From Tubulanus polymorphus (Eukaryota > Animalia > Nemertea): a DNA stretch of 64,000 bases. The translations under genes and the position numbers were made by a program. How positions within the stretch are numbered: position 1 is the stretch's first letter; each line of letters starts with the position of its first letter. Location: assembly GCF_964204645.1 (NCBI RefSeq), contig NC_134025.1, positions 9,982,001 to 10,046,000 on the forward strand, read 5' to 3'. Of the stretch, positions 1 to 11,065 are shown piece by piece. Below the pieces are notes generated by a model, which was not told the origin of the DNA, ran no database searches, and was given only the letters and a program-made list of their open reading frames with translations.

Positions 1-1810
1 GCAACTTGTCTAGCACTATACGACTGAGACATTGAATACCGTTAGTAAAAGAAGGTAATTCGCCATTTCGTGTTTTACTGATTATCACTATTGATCATTA
101 TTTGCGTCGTCGAGTGGTCAACATGAAGAAAAAGATTAAATTTTGCCGTATCATAGGGCATCCCATTTATTTTTGGCACAAGTGGTTCACAGGTCAATAC
201 GTTGGTAAAAATAAACTCGCTCCGAAGGCCGAACAAAAGGCCGATGCATTCCTATTTTAGGAATCTCTTCCGTAAAATCTGTCCAGTAAATTCTTGAGGT
301 CGACGTCCGTGAAAATTGTCGGTTATTTTGAATTATGGTGTTTTAGTCTACAGTATAATGAATCTATAAAAATTCATAAGCTTCGCGATCGTTTCGATAA
401 TTCAGATAAACTCGTATAGGCTAATGCATTATGATTCGGTATTTAAGATTCGATAACGGATTGAATCTTAAATGTCGTCTCGAAAACGATAAATGTTTAA
501 TTTTCCTATCGATTATACATTGCTTCTGGATGCAGCCGTCGAAATTATGATGATTAAACACACGGTTCGTCACAGCGCGGAGCTCGAATTTATGCGTCCA
601 TGGTCGCTGTGAGATTCCCGTTCCCGGACACCGTCATGGTCGGCAGGCATTATTGGTCGGTGCTTATTTTCAAAACCTTCATCGAACATTCGATAAAATC
701 CAGAAATAATATTTTCAAACCTATGGACATGACGGGCGAACACTACTATACTTTGCGATGATAATTATTCAAGAAAACGAAGATGGATTTACTTCGAGTA
801 GCTAGGTTATTATCATGGGGTCAGGGTTTTAACAATAAACTCCAAAATCGTAGCTGGTCGTATATGTGCAAATTGTGACGATAAAGAAAGAGCTATGGGC
901 TAACAACATAATCTCCCTAACAAATCTCAGGCGAAACTAGTTGTATTATTGTGCGGAGTATGTTTTTTGCTCAGGTTGGTTTCCAAAAATGGCAATGCAA
1001 CTTTTTAGAATGGATGAACGCTATAACCCTTTTTAAACGACAGACTCCGTGTGTCCGGCGGTTCTCGCAGCGCTTGTAGTATTTTTGAAAGGGAAGGAAA
1101 ACAAAAGATTTTCGCAGTCTAACTAACCATAGACCGATTTTGGAAAAAATGTCGGCTAATCTGACACTTCTCAAGCATTCGATACCCTAAACGCGGCTTT
1201 TGGCATTATGTTGGGTAATTAGTACTCAAAATCTTGACAATCTGACAGGCTTCGTATTACCTATTAGGTACGGACTATTATCTAAAATACTGAAAAATGC
1301 TCGCTGATCTCAGACTGATGCAGCGTACTTAGACTTCCACCGGAGTCTGACGTTTTGCACACGGAGAGGGAAACTTTCATACTTAGTCATGGCTAGGAAT
1401 TTAGTCGAGATTATTTCCTGGCGAGATTAAAAATCGGTAGCGCCAGGTATTAAAGTCCTCGCATTTTAATGAGCGTCGCTTTAGAAAAACGCGCTGCCGT
1501 CTGCTCCCGATATTGATTTACAGTATCTTTGATTTGTGGAACTTATCCCCGAGTCTTTCTGTATGGAAAATGGTTCGCGCGACGCTCCCCGCAATAGGCT
1601 TTGCTAATGAATTCAAACTGCTGGAGGCTGCGTCTTAAATATTGGCTTCTATTTTGGGAAGATTGTTGTCTGTATTCGCCATTGTATTATTCTCATTATA
1701 TTAAGGATTCTATTTGTCGACGCGCAGTTCCCGATTTAGATGGAGGGAACCTTGTGATTTTTGACCCAATTAATCGAGTTAACAATTTCGACGCCATTTT
1801 CTGTTTTCAG

Positions 1811-4800
1811 TCTGTCATCCAAAGGTCGGGATTCCGAAGTTTGGCCGACGAAGAAGAAGTTGAATTCGAATGCCGCTGTTCCGACAAGGGCATCGAGGCG
1901 ACGCTGGTGTGCGGACCGAATGGTTCGGACTGCCGTGGCCGGCCGCCCAGACAAAGGAAGTTCAAGTACGTAAACAATATACCACGGTGCCCTTCCCTAT
2001 ACTCGCCCACGTACCTCTTTAAGAAATGTCACGTTTTACTTAATAACCGACATTGGAACGAGAAAGCAGAATCAAACATACAACTGAAGAAACCTTAACT
2101 TCTGTCGTGATTACCCAGATGTCGAGATAATTTGAGATGAAACTGGGTATCATCGGGGATATTTTAGATTTGCTGTCATTTCCGTGTCACGGTAAGGAGA
2201 GCTCGTACACACGAGTCCTCAAATGAAAGTTTATTGTCCCATACGCATTAATTATTTTCATAGCTCGAATGACTTGTCATAAAACCTGATCTTATCCTGC
2301 CAACCATCGTAAGATGGATCAACGCGGTTTTTTTTGTTCACCTGTATATACGACACGTCCTTGTGGGTAAATCTTTTACGGCTTGTGAATGACTCACGTG
2401 TGAACCCCTACAGGGGACGTATTCCTAACACCATCGTCAAATTGTTTTGTTGTTAGCCCTTTAGTGTATTATGATTCTCAGATATACATATATACCCTAA
2501 ATAACTTCATCGTGCGTGTTTCTTCTGCTGGAAAAGTATTTTTGAAATCGCCCCGCAAAAACGCACTGTAGCCGTAATCACACGAACGTTTTTGGCCCGT
2601 ACCCAATTAGGCCCGGAACAACCGTTCGCGCGGGTGACAAATGGACATGTTTGGCCCGACCATGGACGTATAAGTCTAGTTTATGACGGACCAGGCCCGA
2701 TCCAAAGTTTAGCACGGGTCTAATTATTGCGTGTGAATTGCAACTGGTTCTGGGAGTTACACACTTCGCTTTGCTTTTGTTAAGCATCGAGTGAGTGTTT
2801 TACGTGTGAACGCACTCTCTAATTAGGCATGGGCCAAATTTGACTCCGGCCTGATCCGGGCCAAATCGCCTGCGTGTGATGGCGGCTATTATCGTGCATT
2901 CGTGAAATGTTCCGGATTAGTGAGACGTTTACTGAAAACTCACCGAATATTGCGCACTTTGCCGAATGTTGGCAAATTTCTGTCGTTGTTTGACTTGCTA
3001 GAGTATTCACTATTCGTGTCATTCCATCGTGATCTCTTTCTATGATTATGAAAACGGACTGCCGATATGGCAAACAATTATTTTCTTCATTTTTGCCACT
3101 CCTTTATAGTTCAAATAAAACGCTTTAGTCTGGGATGCGGTTGCGCGTGGGCTTCGTTATGAATTGTAAAAATAACCGTCAGACCAATTTAGCTGTTTTT
3201 AAGAAACCGCAACCTTGCTGTAGGTGACCCCGCAAATTTCTAAATTTCTTTCTGCATGACCTACATATTGGCGTTGTAGATCGTTGGCACATTTCACCAC
3301 ATCCGTTGCGCTTGGTGTCGGTGTACCACTCATACCGCATTCATATTACTCGTTCGTGCACGATTTGTACGAGCATATCATTCGCCACCTAGCGGATCCG
3401 TGAAAATATTTTTCATCGCTAGGTTAACTCCGCAATTTTGATTAATTTGGTGTTCTGTGACCTCGTCGACAGAGCGTAAGGTGCAAGAAATACATTCTTA
3501 GAACTTATTACATGTTCTTGGTATACGATTGACCTCATTTCAAATTTACGATCTGTGAACTCAATTGCCGTTTCGACCAGTGGCGTTTATAACCCCTAAA
3601 CCCCACGTTTCGTTTTCCGATATATATTTCATCTAACCATAATAGGTGAACTTATTAAATACGCGTGTCTATCCGATTGAGGAAGCCATTCTCCAGGGTG
3701 TGATGTTTGACTAAAAGTGGGCATGCGCCGTTTCCAGGAAAAGGCAGTCTGTCTAGGGCATCTTCGTACACAACGCACAGCGCTTCTGCTGCTGCTGCTG
3801 CTCAACGAAATTATGCAATTGATTGAGAATCATTCCGTTGCCATGGTTTCCATGAAGGATTCGATCTCATTATGAATGCATTAGACTCTGTTTCGAATCG
3901 CGTTAGCTCGTTTCGTCTGTTCTTGACATCAGCCGCGACGTCATGAAAAAGTTTTATTTATTAATTAGTCCGATTTGAGGCGAGAACATGGCGTTGAGAT
4001 GATTCGTCGTTTTCTCAATTAGTCAATTCATTCGATGTGACGATCGCGAGAAGATTATTTGAATTTTTGAAAACGCGGCCGTACCCGAGGTCATGCTCCC
4101 CTGCAAAAGCCACTACGTAAATTTTCAAAAAAAAAAGTTTGAACTATGCTTTAATAACGTGAGATAACAGTCCTGCAATCACGAAGCCGAGAAGTTTAAC
4201 AGTCCTACAATCACGAAGCCAAGAAGTTTAACAGTCCTACGATCACGAAGCCAAGAAGTTAGAATAAAGAACTTTTTTTATTAGAAATTCGAATTTTCGA
4301 TTTTCCGCTGAAAACCATTGTCAAGGAATGACCTGAAATACAACATATCATAGTTTATATAGCAAAACGAATGATACACGCTATTGCACAGATTACTGGG
4401 CGTCAGTGACCAAAGAAGAAATGATCTGGGACAAAAGTTTATCATGGGAAGAGAAACCAAGGTTACCATTGACACAAGAATTGCAGTGTGAATTTATATT
4501 TTAACTTTTCGGATTTCAGTGATTGCGGGACTTACCTTAATTCGCGACTCATTGCGTAGTTGTTTTTTTTTTACCTCGTCTTTAATAGTTTGATATAATT
4601 TCTTTATTTATAGATGCTACAATTGCGGGGAGTACAGCAATCACCTAGCCTTGAAGTGCCCGAAAGGACCGTTGCCGAAAAGCTGTTACGAGTGCCTGTC
4701 TTCTGACCATTTAATCAAAGACTGTCCGAAGAGGGAAGAAAAAACTACGGGTAACGATGGTGACGAGTCTGGAGCCGAATCCAGTCCTCAGCATATCAAA

Positions 4801-4833
4801 AACTCAGGGAAAAATGGCGACCAGGCCACGTAG
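1811..4833 (+). CDS. LIN28: Lin-28 homolog (cold-shock domain + 2 CCHC zinc knuckles), 5'-partial; exons 1811-1965 and 4614-4833
   Basis: Exon after ttttcag encodes SVIQRSGFRSLADEEEVEFEC...GIEATLVCGPNGSDCRG (C-terminal half of the Lin28 CSD plus linker). Phase-2 junction AA|gtacgt...tttatag|A joins to K-CYNCGEYSNHLALKCPKGPLPKSCYECLSSDHLIKDCP (two CCHC knuckles). Stop TAG 4831-4833. The N-terminal CSD exon (CKWFN...VFVHQ) was not found in 1-1810, so it presumably lies upstream of the window. Confidence 0.95.
2571..2886 (+). mobile_element. PIF/Harbinger-like MITE (family A) in lin-28 intron
   Basis: Terminal inverted repeats GCCGTAATCACACG...CGTGTGATGGCGGC. The internal sequence (gtgaattgcaactgg, cgtgtgaacgcactctctaattaggca, GGGCCAAATTT) is shared with copies at 51.4-55.0 and 61.9-63.9 kb. 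Confidence 0.75.
4166..4260. repeat. Three tandem copies of a 32-bp unit (aacagtcctrcratcacgaagccragaagttt)
   Basis: Units start at 4166, 4198 and 4230. Confidence 0.9.
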
Positions 4834-7800
4834 CCTGGAGGAGATAATGAAGAACGTCCTTCGTATGCACGCGTTTTTTTGTAAGACGAAGTCGTATGTC
4901 CATCGTGTTTATCATTCACAACGTCGCGTTATTCTTGAAAAAAAAAGCGTATATACCATTTGAGGAGACTTTAAAAAAATAAATGGCGTACGATATAAAT
5001 ATAGATATCGATATAAATATTAGTTGATAGGTTCCAATTGTTATTACTACGAACTATTAACTTAAAGTCTATGTCCTAGATTTCATTACATATTATATCG
5101 ACGGCGAAGAAAGAATGCCATTCTCAGATACTAAAACCTTTTTTTCGTGTAAACCTATGAAATGAGTTTAGAAAATATACATTTCCCGCAGTATTATGGT
5201 TTTACTTGGTACGGGGAGGTCGACCTCCCTGCTTGGCCAGAGGCAGTCAGAGCGAGTCATTGCATGTCGTGTCTTCATTATTTTTCGTCAGGCATAGATT
5301 ATCATTTGTTGCGCAGTGTGTGTATATTCGTAATCAGCATACGTGAAATTTTGCGGCGTCCCACAGTCAACGAAGACTCCTGCGCGCGCAGTTCTTTTAA
5401 CTTAAGCTTTTTACATCATTTTTACATCGGGCCTTTTCGCGAAATGAATGTTAGCTCGGATTTGTCAGAAATCGTCGGCTCCAAAATAACGCGCGCAAGT
5501 AATTCATGATAACGGAAATTTTGTAGGACTTGGGTTGTCGAAAACAAAAACAAAAAACACTCTTTCCCCTAATGTATGTATATATAGTTTGTAGTTGTCG
5601 TCATTGTAGATGTTCTTTTAGTATCGTTGATCAGGTTGAAAATCGTTCCGGATTCCGGGTTAATAACGAACCAACTTTTTACTGCAACCACTACCTCACA
5701 CACGTATTGGTCGTCGTGTTTGTTTGACCGGTCGTTGTATTGGGCACAAACGCGCGCCGCGTTTTCGTTTCTGTGACTGTGTCGTTTCAAATGAATAGGC
5801 GTTTTGTTTATAGCTTTTTTTCTGTGTAATTCTTACCGTAAATTACCCGTCCCCGACAACAGTTTGGCGAAGTAAGGGATTTCGTATATATTTTTTGTTG
5901 TTTTTTTTTCTTTAGTAATTTTTGTATCAGTCAACAGCAGCAGAACTCGTGGCATCATTGTTTCTATAGGAATGCTCGCTTAAGTGTTAAAGAGCTTTGA
6001 TTATGTTTCCTAGTCGAAAGATAAATCCAATCCAACAAACTTGAGTATAATACTATTATGTAAACACCGCGGACATAGTCATTGGCTAGGCATGGTCATC
6101 AGTATACTTATAATGATAACAAAATAACAAAATTGAATTCGCAGCATCTATTTACAGTTAGGGTTTTTCTACAGTCGTCGTAGAATTTTCATATATATAT
6201 TTTCTTGCCTGATAGAGCTAGCACAAATTGCGTTGGTTTGTTTGTCGACAGCTTCAGTGTGGACTCGAAGTACTGCCTCTGCCTTTTGGACAGGAGTTGC
6301 CTCACGTTTTGCTCATCACTACTCGTTCGTTCTTTTGTCCCATTCGATATGTATGATAATGTACATAAAATGTGTGCGGCCGAATTATATTACGATTAGG
6401 ACAAAATTCGGGAAATTCGTCAAAACTATATTTTATTATCAAACACGCGCGTTAAGAGAGAATGGGGAAATACTAACAGAATAGGTATTTACTACTCATT
6501 ACCTTAATTACTCCCAACTTGATCTATCATATTACGATATTTGAAGGGCTAATCTCATTGACATAAGTAATGCACTTCGGTACCCGCGCGCATCTCTGCT
6601 TTCTCATGCTATATTACTTACAAATCATGAGGGAGAGCTCCGTTCGAGCTAGCGCGATACATTTTTATATACCGAATATTAGTAATACGGATCTCGAAAA
6701 TGTCGAACGAAGTATATACGAACGGTTTCTAATCTGAACACGTCACGAAGGTCAAGTCTTAATTTCGATGTATCATAAATGGGAGTGCCGTTGTCTGTCT
6801 TGTGGCTTATACAATTAACATATTATATCTACTATACTTATATGTATATACGTATATATATATATATATATTAGCCGGTAATCATAATACTGTCATTGAG
6901 GTGATTTAATTTCGTATTGCGGATTTATTTCTTAGTCATTTTTAGAAAAAGGCCGTGTTCTTAATGATACTAATAACAATATGAATGTTTTAATATTTTC
7001 TTTCTTTTTATTTTTGCTATTAATCTATCCTGCGAATAAATGTGTGTATTATAAAGCGTCTACGTAACCTTCTGAAAATGTATACCCACTGCTGGTTTCA
7101 CGTGAGAGGACTCTTTGCTGAAATCTAACTGAAAAAAATTGTCTTTTGCGGTGTAATATTTGACACAAGTTAACTGTTATCTATCGAGAATGATGATCAT
7201 TGGTCAGCAGTATCGAAAATTTCTACGGAGCACACCTTCAAGTCTTTGTTTCGACTACATTGAAAGTTCAGACTTAATGATGGTACATCGGTACCCCCAT
7301 AAGGTTCTTCTAATATGATTGGGGTAAATGTGGACCATTTCAAAAAATAATCAAGTCGCGTTTCGTTTTAGCAATAAATGATATTTTTTAGGCTAGTTAA
7401 TGCATCTATTTTATGTTATACGGTAATACATGTTTCAAGAAGAGACTTTTCGGGATTCTTGAACGTTTGCGAAACCAACACAATTCGTGCAAATTGTTTG
7501 TTACCTTTTGGTTTCGAATCCCCAGAAATAGATATAGAATAGATGTAGATTTTTTTTTTTGATTCCAATTAGTGACGAGCATAGAAAAAAGGCAAGGTGC
7601 AGGAAACATAAATTTGCCGTCGAACAAACCGAATGAAAAACACATTTCATTGCGTAATTATTTGAACCACCGAGAATAATTTAGTTATTTGATTACGTTC
7701 TTTGATTACTTGTAATTGATATCAGCTGTCTCTTTGCTCTTATCTGCAAAACAGTCTGCGGTCTTTCAGCGGAGATATTGAACTATATCGGAGCTATGTA

Positions 7801-8870
7801 CAACAACCATTAAAAAACCACAACAATGAGTTGACTATAATATGATAAGGCGTCATTACCATTCAAAATAATATTCCAAATGCGTGGACGTTTCCAATTC
7901 GGAACTCTTTTCTGGCTTCATCTGCCTAGCTCGATAAGAATCGAAGCAAAAATTTTGGGAGTGGAGGGATCTCTTATATACGGATCTAGCTGGAATAAGT
8001 CTCGAAATCAGGGATGGCTCGCGCATAGGCGTCGTTATATCGATCATCGAAATTCCATCGGAGATTATACTATTCAATCATCCATCATTCGGAGCTACAT
8101 ACTGACAAAACAAAAAATATGATAATGTAATATTGTAATTCATTAAATCGTTTAATAATCATTCAATGAATGAAGAAGAAAAAAACATATATAGAGAGGC
8201 AGCTATGTTTATTTTATTTTGCGAGAAGTTTTACGACTGTTGATTTTCAATTCGACGTTGACGAAAAAGCACAAAAAAGCTCACTAAACTATATCGCTCG
8301 AGGTGGTACGATACAAAAAAAAGAATAGTTCATTTTAATTGCTTATGATATAGTGGCTGAGAGGAAATACGGCGTATGTTGAAAATATAATCGGGCGGTG
8401 TCGACGATAATCCCGTTACGTATTATAGTGTCACCCTCCTATCTTTTAGCGGATAGAGGCTTCGGTTGACTATATAGATATTACGATTATCATTACTGGT
8501 ACGCTTAAGTGTAAATTGTACACATAATATTTTTATACAAAAAAATGATATTTGCCGAAAACCCGTATTTGTAATTTGTTGGTAATTGCCTAGGGGTATT
8601 TACATGTAGTCGCCTATGTACGCTACTTGTAGACTGTAGTTTTCGTTCATCTTGCGTATGTATTAAATATATACTACAACTAAATAAGAGAGAGAGAGGT
8701 TAGAAGTTTATCGTCGAATTTTGAAGTCTCTTGAAGCAATCTTCCTAATAATCAGTATGTATACATATGTAATGGTGAAATAAGTAATTATAACATTTTT
8801 GTACAGATGTTTCGTGGAATGCGCGATGTTTGTTTATAATTGTCAATAAAATGCTCCCTTTTAATAACAA
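4834..8870 (+). other. Putative long lin-28 3'UTR (end uncertain; AATAAA at about 7035 and about 8845)
   Basis: AT/U-rich sequence with no credible ORF after the stop codon. Contains a let-7 site and Pumilio elements, with two candidate poly(A) signals. Confidence 0.5.
5681..5698 (+). promoter_or_regulatory. let-7 complementary element in lin-28 3'UTR
   Basis: ACTGCAACCACTACCTCA contains the 8mer seed match CTACCTCA (5691-5698). It pairs with let-7 (UGAGGUAGUAGGUUGUAUAGUU) nt 1-9 and 11-17, with a single A10 bulge and one G:U. Confidence 0.85.
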
Positions 8871-9265
8871 AATTAGTATTACTTATGTATTATCTCGCAC
8901 TGCTGGATGATAACCGGTATTTTGCCTTAGGACAAAAGAAAATCTTCGCAAAAAAAAGCTGCAGAGGAGGATCAGACAAGCACCAGCTGTTGTTCTGAAG
9001 AAATCTCGAATCAATATGGTCTTTAGCAGAGAGAAAAATCCTTCACTCCAATGTTCATTTAGAATCACACAGTATCACCTGAATTTGATTTGTTTTTCCA
9101 TGAATGACCCCTTTACACAGATAAATCTATTTTGAATAGTAATGGGTAGAATAGTACCAAATAAAGATACGACCACGTTGAGGTATCGAGTCTGACGGAA
9201 GTGTTACAGTCGTCTCTCCAAGAGCACGCGACAGTTTTGTTGTGCATTTATTTCTTTATAATTTA

Positions 9266-9800
9266 AACAAGATGCGAATACATCAAAGCCCACTTTGTCA
9301 GGTGCTAAGTAAAGTCACAGTCGGCCATCTTGGATGGGATCGTGTCCTTCCGGTAGGTTTGTCAGGTGATCGGCCACGCCAGTTGATGAAGTATGAAAGC
9401 TCTATCTGGAAAACTTTTTGGAGTTGATTACCCTAATGTGCGATTTCATAATCCAACATGGCCGAGACGGCCATTTTGGATGACATCATGACCTAGTTTG
9501 GTCAAACCACTCCGTTTCACATTCTCATATAAAAAAGAAAGCTTTACGTGGAGTATTATATCAGTTGATGGTCAAAATGTGCATTTTCAGAATCCAAGAT
9601 GGCCGCCAATCGTCCATCTACACCAATTACCACAATCTACACGCAATCTACACCATCTACATCAATAACCACAAATATTTAAATCGTCCAAGATTTTATG
9701 GTCATATACAATATATCCAAATTTGAAGACGCTGGGACAAAAAAAATTGTGGTCTGTTGAGAGTTCACAATAAACCTGACTCACGGGCGGACGGCCTTAT
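9266..9800 (-). mobile_element. Degenerate Helentron-associated (HINE/DINE-1-like) element, reverse orientation
   Basis: The left end aacaa-GATG cgaata CATC-aaagcccact mirrors the hairpin plus subTIR end of the 21-kb element. Internal CCAAGATGGCCG/CGGCCATCTTGG repeats; acgggcggacgg microsatellite remnant at the right end. Confidence 0.45.
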
Positions 9801-10355
9801 TCACTAACGCATTATTAATCGCAAATCCTCCCGTAACTCAAAATTTGAGAAAATCTCAATCCACAAAAATCTGCAAATATTTTCCGCACAAATTCATCAA
9901 GGTGCGTCTTTATAGACCGATGCCCTACTAACTTTTTCTAGGGCCCAACTTAGAATCATTATAAGTTAGTACCCCAATGTGACGTGTGAATAAGGTCCCG
10001 GGGCCCATCTAGGATCTGATTCAGGGAAGGGCTCACCCCTGAATAGGGCATGTCATATAATTCAAAAAGAGCATTCCCGGGAAAAAATACTCATCGGAAA
10101 ACCCTAACACATTTGCCTAAAAGAAGAACCATTACGCGGGGTTTACATATATGATGTATAATGTATGTTCTCGTATATGACAAGTTTCGATCGAGGTTCA
10201 ACTTAGTCATCGGATCAAGGCACACACCGGCCAATATGCCAATTCTATTTTCTAGTGTTTTCTAGTATTCTGACTGCGAATGCAGTTGGCGCAGAATTCG
10301 ACAGGCAGCAAAAATCGAGGATTGATAACAAAATCTATTGAACCATTTCATTCAT

Positions 10356-10545
10356 TATCTGTATATCTGTATCTGTATCTGTATCTGTATATGTATCTGT
10401 ATCTGTATCTGTATCTGTATCTGATCATGATGCCGGAACTGATCGGCGGTTGTTGCCTGGATCGTCTGTTCGTCCAGTTGATTCCAGTCGAGGACGGATT
10501 TGACGAAGAACCCCGAGTTTCGGTATTGAGCCGTGTTTGACCTCA
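10356..10545 (-). mobile_element. 5'-truncated non-LTR retrotransposon (LINE) 3' fragment with (AGATAC)n microsatellite tail
   Basis: Minus-strand translation NTAQYRNSGFFVKSVLDWNQLDEQTIQATTADQF resembles the YxNSFFxRTxxDWNxL...F C-terminus of CR1/L2/RTE-like ORF2. It is immediately followed by about 11 hexamer repeats (plus strand gtatct, 10356-10423). Confidence 0.7.
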
Positions 10546-11065
10546 TGGCATTAATAGCCTAAACAAATAAACTATTGAGTTACGATGGTCCATTGCCTAT
10601 CGCATGGCCAGTCGATTTGAAGGAGGGCTGTCTGGATACTAAAATGATTGAAGGCTGTCCTAGGTTCGAATTTGATTGATTGCCGTCGTTGGGCCAGCCA
10701 AGGTCTCACCAAGACACTATCTGACCAAGACACTAGTGCCGCGGCCGCGGAAACGGTCGAATCCTGGAGGTATTAGAGCCGTGTCCCAGCGGTACTGATT
10801 TATTTAGTACTGCTAATGCTATAGATCTGATTTTTTGGTCGAATTCTGGGCATTTAATAAATTGAGCATTAGCCGATAGACCGGCGGGACTTCGCCCCAT
10901 TGGTAGGCGGTTCCTAGGTAAGTCCATGGTACGCATTGTAGATTGTAGTGCGTCCCCTTCCACCGGCCTTATAGAAATTTCTCGGAGTCACCCTTTTGCT
11001 AAACAGCTGTCAAACGTTTATTGAATTGAATTGATTAAATTGTCACAAAGTCAAAATCTGGCGAA

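Noticed and set aside
1601-2098. 165-aa ORF as a complete protein
   Set aside because: Only 1811-1965 is a lin-28 exon; the flanks are intronic read-through.
10280-10540. ORF with YLYLYL repeat
   Set aside because: Translation of the hexamer microsatellite tail of the LINE fragment.
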